Origin: an uncultured Candidatus Saccharibacteria bacterium
GTDB taxonomy: Bacteria > Patescibacteriota > UBA1384 > XYA2-FULL-43-10 > CAINNR01
Reading direction: 5' to 3'
Length of the DNA stretch: 40,194 nucleotides
NCBI GenBank assembly: GCA_964515615.1
Contig: CAZEVI010000001.1
Location: 17,535-57,728, forward strand
In this document: positions 34,659 to 40,194 of the stretch, piece by piece
Position numbering within the stretch: position 1 is the first letter of the stretch
Layout: each line of letters begins with the position of its first letter
Program-made: the position numbers and the translations under genes
The notes under the pieces: generated by a model
Databases searched by the model: none
The model's input: only the letters and a program-made list of their open reading frames with translations
What the model was told of the DNA's origin: nothing

Positions 34659-36383
34659 TTAATAGCCAATACTTTTAAACCAAAAAATTGTTTTTTTAAT
34701 CCCTTCGTCGAGATTTACCTTTGGTTGCCATTTTAGCTCTTTTTTGGCCAGCGAGATATCCGGCTTGCGCTTTTTCGGATCGGAAATCGCCGCCGGAATG
34801 TGAACAATTTTTGATTTTGAATTTGTCAACTTAATAACTTTTTTCGCCAATTCCAGCATTGTGAACTCCTGCGGATTGCCAACATTCATCGGCCCCTCGA
34901 GATTGGAGTGGATAAATTTCAACTGGGCATCGATTTGATCGTCAACATAGCAAAACGATCGCGTCTGTCGACCGCTATCTTGAATAGTAATGTCTTCGCC
35001 CGCAAGCGCCTGTTTAATAAAAGTCGAAACCACTCGGCCGTCGTCGGGATCCATTAACGGGCCATAGGTGTTAAAAATTCGCACAACCCCGGTGTTGACC
35101 CCTTTTTGCTGTCGAGCTTGATAAATTAGTGCTTCGGCGTAGCGTTTGCCCTCGTCATAACAAGATCGCATCCCATAGGGCTGGACATTGCCGGCATAAT
35201 CTTCTTTTTGCGGATGCTCCAACGGATCGCCATAAACTTCCGAGGTTGAAGTATGAAAAAAACGAGCATCATTTTTGAGTGCCAATTTTAAGAGATTTTC
35301 AGTCCCGATGGCCGAAGTTTCCAAAGTTTTAATCGGGTCAAGGTAATACTTCGGCGGCGATGCCGGACAAGCGTAATTTAAGACAAAATCAAATTTCCCC
35401 CGAATTTTTAACGGCAAACGAATGTCGCCTTTTTTAAATGAAAAATTTCTGAATTTTTTTAACTCAGCCAAATTTCTGTCGTTGCCGGTCTGTAAATTAT
35501 CAACTACTAAAACTTTACCGCCGCCGACTAAAATTCGCTTGGCAATGTTGGCACCGAGAAAACCGGCACCACCGGCAATCAGATAGCTCTTATCCACATA
35601 TTTTCCCGAAGTTCTAACCGCTGATTTTTTAGCCGTAATATTTTTTGTTTGACCGTTTTTTCGATAATAGTTCAAAATTCGCGCCCGATAAAAGATTGCC
35701 AAAGTATCGATAATCATCCGTTTAATTGTTTTGAAATTGATGCCAGTGCTGACTTGGTTAAAATCAAGTTCAATCGGCGCTTCAAAAATTCGTCTGTACC
35801 CAAGCTGGTGAGCAATTACCAACATCTCCAAATCAAAAGCGTATTGTTTGACCAACGCTCGCGGCACCACATCTTTAGCAACTTTGTGTTTCAAAAATTT
35901 CAAACCCGCTTGTGTATCTGTTACATTAAGTCCGAAAAACAGTTTAATTACCCGCTGATAAATCCACGAATACATTCGGCGCTTTTTCGGATAATTGACC
36001 TTTGATGCCGGATGGCGTTTGGAACCGAGAACAAAATCAGCATCAAAAAGGTCCATTAACTTGACGCAACGATCAAACTGCGCCGGATCAAAATCGCCAC
36101 CGGCATCGGTGAAAGTGATAATTTCACCCTTGGCTTTTTCCGTTCCAAAACGAAGAGCAAAACCCTTGCCCTTATTTGGCTGATATTCAAAAACTCGCAA
36201 GTTTTTTGATTTGAACTTTCGGGCATTTTTGGCCGTTTGATCCGGTGAACCGTCAACAACAACAATCACCTCATAGGAATAGTCGAGGCGATCATGGGTT
36301 TTGACAATTTTCTCAATTGTCTGATAAATATTTTTTTCTTCCCGATAGGCGGGAATAACTATTGAAAGCTTAAGCGGCTTCAT
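34659..36383 (-). CDS. Fusion protein: N-terminal ALG5/DPM1-like GT2 polyprenyl-phosphate glycosyltransferase plus C-terminal UDP-glucuronate decarboxylase (UXS / ArnA-C-terminal-like SDR)
   Basis: 574 aa. GT2 part: LSIVIPAYREEKNI, VVVDGSPDQT, FTDAGGDFDP, VTDTQAGLKF. SDR part from about aa 265: YLIAGGAGFLGANI, HTSTSEVYGDPLEHPQKEDYAGNVQPYGMRSCYDEGKRYAE, RIFNTYGP and DDGRVVSTFI, all hallmark UXS motifs. Confidence 0.85.
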   Translation of the reverse strand: MKPLKLSIVIPAYREEKNIYQTIEKIVKTHDRLDYSYEVIVVVDGSPDQTAKNARKFKSKNLRVFEYQPNKGKGFALRFGTEKAKGEIITFTDAGGDFDPAQFDRCVKLMDLFDADFVLGSKRHPASKVNYPKKRRMYSWIYQRVIKLFFGLNVTDTQAGLKFLKHKVAKDVVPRALVKQYAFDLEMLVIAHQLGYRRIFEAPIELDFNQVSTGINFKTIKRMIIDTLAIFYRARILNYYRKNGQTKNITAKKSAVRTSGKYVDKSYLIAGGAGFLGANIAKRILVGGGKVLVVDNLQTGNDRNLAELKKFRNFSFKKGDIRLPLKIRGKFDFVLNYACPASPPKYYLDPIKTLETSAIGTENLLKLALKNDARFFHTSTSEVYGDPLEHPQKEDYAGNVQPYGMRSCYDEGKRYAEALIYQARQQKGVNTGVVRIFNTYGPLMDPDDGRVVSTFIKQALAGEDITIQDSGRQTRSFCYVDDQIDAQLKFIHSNLEGPMNVGNPQEFTMLELAKKVIKLTNSKSKIVHIPAAISDPKKRKPDISLAKKELKWQPKVNLDEGIKKTIFWFKSIGY

Positions 36384-36395
36384 TGAAGACCCAAA

Positions 36396-37670
36396 TTAGC
36401 CCCTCAACGTTGATTTTATCTGATCTCTCTTGCTTAAAAGATAATATACCATCATTGATAGAAAAAGCAAGCCAAAGAACAAAATCATTAACCGAACAAC
36501 CAGTAAAAGTGATGAATGAAACTGGGAAATCGCCAAAGTTAATCCGGCAACGGCAATCAGAAAAAACCATAAAAATCGAAAATCTTTAACCACCAAATAA
36601 TAATTGGTCAGCAAATTAATTAGTGAATAAAGTAAAATTGCCAAGCCGATCTCCGGTAAAAGATAGAAAAGCGAAACATACTGCGAACCGTAAAGCAAAC
36701 CAATAATTTTTGCCGGCGCAATTACATAGGCCGCCAGTACAATCAAGGCACCGACTATAACAAACATCAAGGAAAAAAATAGCAGTTTATAATGTTTCTC
36801 ACCAGAAACGGTTTTTTCGGAGATCATCGGAAACATTACTGAAATAATTGGTGCTGTTACATAGAGAATAATTTTTCCAATGGCCGAAACCGCGGAGTAC
36901 ATTCCGGCGTCAGCCGGAGAAAAATAATGCTTGACCAAAATCACATCAAGATTTAGAGCAATGATTAAAAGTAACGATGATAAAAATGCCGGACCGAAAT
37001 ATTTGCCAATTTCTTTTTTGTCGAAAAGATGGAATTTAGAAACTTTGTCCTGATGCGAATTTTTAAAAATTTTCCGAATCGGAAAAAATGTCGCCGCGTA
37101 GCCGATTGCCGTTGCCAGAATAACCGCCGAAAGCGCACCGGAAACAGCAAAACCGATTTTCACCAAAAGTATTCCCAAGCCCAAACGGAGTGCCATCTCC
37201 AAAACTCCAATCAGTGAAACTGCGGAAAATTTTTGGACTCCCTGTAAAAGGCCTTTGTTGACCATGGTAACCATACCGAAAATTAGGCCGGAAAAAGCAA
37301 TCGCCACCGGAAGCAGATTATCAATTGAAAAATAGTTGGCGATCGGTTTAATCAAAGCCAACAGAATTATAATCAGAACAAATGAGAAAAAATAAACATA
37401 TCGAGTTAAAACAGCGAAAAGTTTTTTCAGTGCCAAAAATTTCCCGCCGACAAAAAGTTCGCTTGAATAACGCATCGCAACAGTTAAAAGCGCGCCACCA
37501 GCAACGGAAATTATCATAAGTAACGACATTAGCGCCGTCATTTCACCGTAATTAGCCGGCCCAAGATAGCGTCCCATTAGCATATTAAAGAGATAAGAAA
37601 AAATGCTGGCAATCAAAGTGCCGACAATTACGATCAAACTATTTGAAAAAAGTTTTCTGGTTTCTGTCAT
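36396..37670 (-). CDS. MOP-superfamily (Wzx/MurJ-like) polysaccharide flippase
   Basis: ~424 aa, ~12-14 TM segments. N-terminus LFSNSLIVIVGTLIASIFSYLFNMLMGRYLGPANYGEMTAL. ATG 37670 is preferred over track TTG 37682, which would directly abut the predicted -10. Confidence 0.8.
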   Translation of the reverse strand: MTETRKLFSNSLIVIVGTLIASIFSYLFNMLMGRYLGPANYGEMTALMSLLMIISVAGGALLTVAMRYSSELFVGGKFLALKKLFAVLTRYVYFFSFVLIIILLALIKPIANYFSIDNLLPVAIAFSGLIFGMVTMVNKGLLQGVQKFSAVSLIGVLEMALRLGLGILLVKIGFAVSGALSAVILATAIGYAATFFPIRKIFKNSHQDKVSKFHLFDKKEIGKYFGPAFLSSLLLIIALNLDVILVKHYFSPADAGMYSAVSAIGKIILYVTAPIISVMFPMISEKTVSGEKHYKLLFFSLMFVIVGALIVLAAYVIAPAKIIGLLYGSQYVSLFYLLPEIGLAILLYSLINLLTNYYLVVKDFRFLWFFLIAVAGLTLAISQFHSSLLLVVRLMILFFGLLFLSMMVYYLLSKRDQIKSTLRG

Positions 37671-37682
37671 TTCTTCTTTCAA

Positions 37683-37727
37683 AGATTATCATAAAAGCTT
37701 GATTTTTCCAATTAAATTTGATAATTT
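37683..37727. promoter_or_regulatory. Back-to-back divergent candidate promoters (flippase operon on minus, rfb operon on plus)
   Basis: Minus strand: TTGGAA (37711-37706), 17 nt, TAATCT (37688-37683). Plus strand: TTGATT (37699-37704), 17 nt, TAATTT (37722-37727). The two -35 regions overlap. Confidence 0.35.
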
Positions 37728-37735
37728 CTATACGC

Positions 37736-37763
37736 CATTCAAAAGCTGTTTTGCTTTTGAATG
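37736..37763. promoter_or_regulatory. Perfect 11-bp inverted repeat (cattcaaaagc-tgtttt-gcttttgaatg) just downstream of the predicted rfbA promoter; candidate operator or 5'-UTR hairpin
   Basis: Read directly from the sequence. It lies between the plus-strand -10 (37722-37727) and the AAGGAG RBS (~37779-37784). Confidence 0.5.
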
Positions 37764-37796
37764 AGTACCTTAAAATAAAGGAGACCGAAAAAAAAG

Positions 37797-38678
37797 ATGA
37801 AAGGGATAATTTTGGCAGGGGGAACGGGAACAAGATTGTTCCCGTCGACTATTGTAGTATCGAAGCAGTTGCAACCCGTCTTCGATAAGCCTATGATTTA
37901 TTACCCCCTTTCAGTTCAAATGTTGGCTGGAATTCGTGATATTTTGATTATAACCACGCCGCACGATAACAACAGCTACAAGGAATTGTTGGGTAGCGGG
38001 TCACAACTCGGAATGAATATTTCTTATCAAATTCAACCGAACCCGGGAGGGCTTGCGGAGGCATTCATTATTGGCGCAAATTTTATCGGTAATAATAGCG
38101 TCTGCTTAATTCTCGGCGATAACATCTTCCACTCAGCCGGTCTCACTGGCATTCTAAAAGATGCCTGCGAAATTAAATCTGGCGCGCACATTTTTGGTTT
38201 TAGAGTTGAGGAACCTCAACGTTACGGCGTTGTTGAGTTTGATAATAATGGGACTGTTGTCAGCATCGAGGAAAAACCAGAAACTCCAAAAAGCAAATAT
38301 GCCGTAGTCGGACTATTTTTTTATGGGCCGGAAGTGGTTGAAAACGTCAAGAAAATTGAGCGCTCGTCACGTGGCGAATTGGAAATTACCGATTTGAATA
38401 AACTCTATTTGGCAGAAAGAAATCTTCGAGTAACAATACTACCGCGAGGTCTTGCGTGGCTCGATACTGGCGAACACGAGGCAATGCAAGATGCGTCGGA
38501 GTATGTTAGAATTGTTCAGAAACTCACAGGCAATCCTATTGCCTGTATTGAAGAAATTGCCTATCACCAAGGATGGATAAATGATGAAAAATTGGATGTG
38601 GCAATTAAAAAGATGGAAAAATCAAGCTATGCCGAATATCTTCGAAGGATTGAAAGGGAGACACATAGAGATGAGTAA
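37797..38678 (+). CDS. rfbA: Glucose-1-phosphate thymidylyltransferase
   Basis: 293 aa. MKGIILAGGTGTRLFP...SKQLQPVFDKPMIYYPLS..LAGIRDILIITTP, LGDNIF and YGVVEFD are canonical RmlA motifs. Confidence 0.92.
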   Translation: MKGIILAGGTGTRLFPSTIVVSKQLQPVFDKPMIYYPLSVQMLAGIRDILIITTPHDNNSYKELLGSGSQLGMNISYQIQPNPGGLAEAFIIGANFIGNNSVCLILGDNIFHSAGLTGILKDACEIKSGAHIFGFRVEEPQRYGVVEFDNNGTVVSIEEKPETPKSKYAVVGLFFYGPEVVENVKKIERSSRGELEITDLNKLYLAERNLRVTILPRGLAWLDTGEHEAMQDASEYVRIVQKLTGNPIACIEEIAYHQGWINDEKLDVAIKKMEKSSYAEYLRRIERETHRDE

Positions 38679-39204
38679 CTCAAAAACCGGTCCCATTAAT
38701 GGGGTTTTTGTTAAAGAACTGAAAATTCATCCGGACAAAATTGATCCCGGTAAACAAATTTTTCGCCCTGGGGCTCTAGCCGAGGTTTGGCGGAATGATT
38801 TAGCCGATTCTCCATTAATTGTCGCACAAGCAACTTTTACTTATGCCTATGCGGGAACGGTCAAAGCTTTTCATCGCCACCAAATACAATATGATATTTG
38901 GTTTCCGGCAACCGGAAAAATGGTTGTTATACTTCGAGATTTGCGCCCCAATTCGCTAACTTTCCTGAATACAATGGTTATCGAGGCCGGCTGGGAAAGT
39001 TGGAAGCGGATAGTAATTCCACCCGGCGTCGGACACGGCTACAAAGTCGTCTCGGCAGAGCCGGCAATTCTTTTCTATCTGGTTACTGAAACTTATAATC
39101 CTAGTGACGAGCTTCGTTATGACGAGAATGACCATAACCAGCGGTTTGATTGGAATTCAATACCGCTGGAAATCACCTCGGCCAAGGAGGCTGATGCTAA
39201 ATGA
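38671..39204 (+). CDS. rfbC: dTDP-4-dehydrorhamnose 3,5-epimerase (RmlC-like cupin)
   Basis: ATG 38671 is preceded by AGGGAG and overlaps the rfbA stop by 8 nt (track start 38581 rejected). Motifs: FHRHQIQYDIW, VVILRDLRPNSLTF, IVIPPGVGHGYKV, YNPSDELRYDEND. Confidence 0.8.
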   Translation: MSNSKTGPINGVFVKELKIHPDKIDPGKQIFRPGALAEVWRNDLADSPLIVAQATFTYAYAGTVKAFHRHQIQYDIWFPATGKMVVILRDLRPNSLTFLNTMVIEAGWESWKRIVIPPGVGHGYKVVSAEPAILFYLVTETYNPSDELRYDENDHNQRFDWNSIPLEITSAKEADAK

Positions 39205-40190
39205 ATATTCTAGTTACCGGAGGAGCCGGTTTTATTGGCACCAATTTAGTTGAATTTTTGTCATCGCTCGACCACAACATTTTGGTTTTGGACAAATTAA
39301 CTTATGCCGCCGGGGGCAAAGACTACCTCCCGATCGTCAGCAATGTTGAATTGATAGAGGGCGATATCTGCAACAAAGAACAAATTGTTCCTTTGTTTGA
39401 ACAGCACGAATTTGATGTTGTGATTAATATGGCGGCCGAATCGCATGTTACCAGAAGCGAAAGAGATGCCCTGACATTTTACCTGACAAACTTTTCCGGC
39501 GCGCTAAATGTTTTTAATTGGGCGATGAAATTCGGTGTACCCCGATTGATTCATTTTTCAACCGATGAAGTTTACGGCTCGAGAATCGAAGGGTATTTCT
39601 CTGAATCAGATGAGCTTATGGCCTTTGATGCCGAACACAAAAACGCTTACGCTCGATCAAAAGCGTTGGCAGATCAGTACCTGCACAAGTGTAGCAGCTA
39701 CCCAATTATAATCGTCCGACCGACTAATCAATTTGGTCCGTGGCAGAATCCGGAAAAAGCTCTGCCACGCTGGATTACCAGTTTGATGATTGGTGAAAAA
39801 ATCAAAGTTTGGGGACAGGGATTACAAATCCGCGACTGGCTTTTTGTGAAAGAGTGTGTCAAAGCCGTCGCTTTTATTATGGAAAACGGCGAACTCGACG
39901 AAACATACAATATTTCAGCGATGAATCAACCGGAAATTACCAATATTACAATGGCAAAAATGCTTTGCGCAGCGCTTGAATACGATCCAAACGAATGGAT
40001 CGAATTTGTTCCCGATCCGCGGGTCGGCCACGATTTTCGCTATGCCGCTGACAATGCAAAATTGCAAAAATTGGGCTTCAAACCAAATTCCAATATTGAA
40101 AGTCAAATTTTTGAAACTTGTTTTTGGTATGTCAGGAATCAAGATTGGTGGAAGTCTCGGAAATCCGAGGCGGAAAGGATCTACCGATGA
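39201..40190 (+). CDS. rfbB: dTDP-glucose 4,6-dehydratase
   Basis: 329 aa. ILVTGGAGFIG, LDKLTYA, MAAESHVTRS, STDEVYG, YARSKA (YxxxK), IRDWLFV. ATGA overlap with rfbC, and AAGGAGG upstream. Confidence 0.9.
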   Translation: MNILVTGGAGFIGTNLVEFLSSLDHNILVLDKLTYAAGGKDYLPIVSNVELIEGDICNKEQIVPLFEQHEFDVVINMAAESHVTRSERDALTFYLTNFSGALNVFNWAMKFGVPRLIHFSTDEVYGSRIEGYFSESDELMAFDAEHKNAYARSKALADQYLHKCSSYPIIIVRPTNQFGPWQNPEKALPRWITSLMIGEKIKVWGQGLQIRDWLFVKECVKAVAFIMENGELDETYNISAMNQPEITNITMAKMLCAALEYDPNEWIEFVPDPRVGHDFRYAADNAKLQKLGFKPNSNIESQIFETCFWYVRNQDWWKSRKSEAERIYR

Positions 40191-40194
40191 AATA

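Noticed and set aside
36370-36589. ORFs 36370-36570 (minus) and 36383-36589 (plus) at the flippase/GT2-UXS junction
   Set aside because: Both lie within the 3' end of the 428-aa flippase ORF and are shadow frames.
37786-37793. A8 run just upstream of the rfbA start codon, considered as another slippage switch
   Set aside because: It lies in the untranslated spacer between the RBS and the ATG. Length change would alter spacing only modestly, and nothing suggests variability.
2710-38671. Longer N-terminal extensions offered by the ORF track (starts at 4359, 23950, 25061, 26851, 28596, 16669, 37682, 38581)
   Set aside because: In each case an internal ATG gives a canonical family N-terminus. 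It also either forms an ATGA or short overlap with the upstream stop, or removes a 40-90-nt overlap. The extended versions add non-conserved residues.
1-40194. Alternative genetic code (UGA recoded, as in some candidate phyla)
   Set aside because: TGA terminates several well-defined genes exactly at ATGA junctions, and conserved protein families end at expected lengths. The standard bacterial code fits.
1-40194. Defence system, toxin-antitoxin, prophage or mobile element hidden in the window
   Set aside because: I could recognise no nuclease, helicase/ATPase, recombinase, transposase, reverse transcriptase or capsid-like motif. The only inverted repeat of note is the contig-end fold-back. 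Every sizeable ORF is a sugar-metabolism enzyme, a glycosyltransferase or a membrane protein embedded in the glycan operons.

Overview
AT-rich, very gene-dense bacterial window. The compact genes, frequent ATGA stop/start overlaps and standard code with TGA as stop fit an uncultivated small-genome lineage such as Patescibacteria/CPR, but that taxonomic guess is low confidence. Almost the whole window is one cell-envelope glycan biosynthesis locus. I found no rRNA, tRNA, CRISPR array, transposase, integrase, phage gene or recognisable defence system.

Organisation:
- Partial GHMP kinase (1-439, minus) with its own promoter. It is cut by the contig end, which carries a 35-bp fold-back inverted repeat.
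- A run of 22 co-directional minus-strand genes (31274 down to 543), ending in a good intrinsic terminator (506-533). In coordinate order it encodes PRPP synthase, an extended SDR, a flippase-TM/PHP phosphoesterase fusion, a UbiA-type polyprenyl-phosphate phosphoribosyltransferase, five GT-C-type membrane glycosyltransferases (a sixth if the 429-aa protein is counted), a Wzx flippase, a nitroreductase plus pyruvyl transferase pair, several GT4/GT2 enzymes (two of them fusions), two methyltransferases and a B12-radical SAM enzyme.
- A lone plus-strand gene (31429-32214) with its own promoter and terminator.
- A second minus-strand unit (37670 down to 32420): MOP flippase, a GT2-UDP-glucuronate decarboxylase fusion, a split glucuronokinase-like GHMP kinase, and a GT2.
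- A divergent plus-strand rfbA-rfbC-rfbB dTDP-rhamnose operon running to the window end. An ATG overlapping the rfbB stop at 40187 probably starts the next gene.

Points worth follow-up:
- An apparent polyprenyl-phosphate-pentose donor pathway built from non-canonical parts.
- Three separate lipid-phosphate-sugar synthases feeding many GT-C enzymes.
- Several unusual domain fusions.
- Two genes interrupted exactly at 5'-proximal poly-A tracts (A8, A10). These could be phase-variation switches or homopolymer sequencing errors.

All functional calls rest on motif recognition by eye from the translations. No database search was run.
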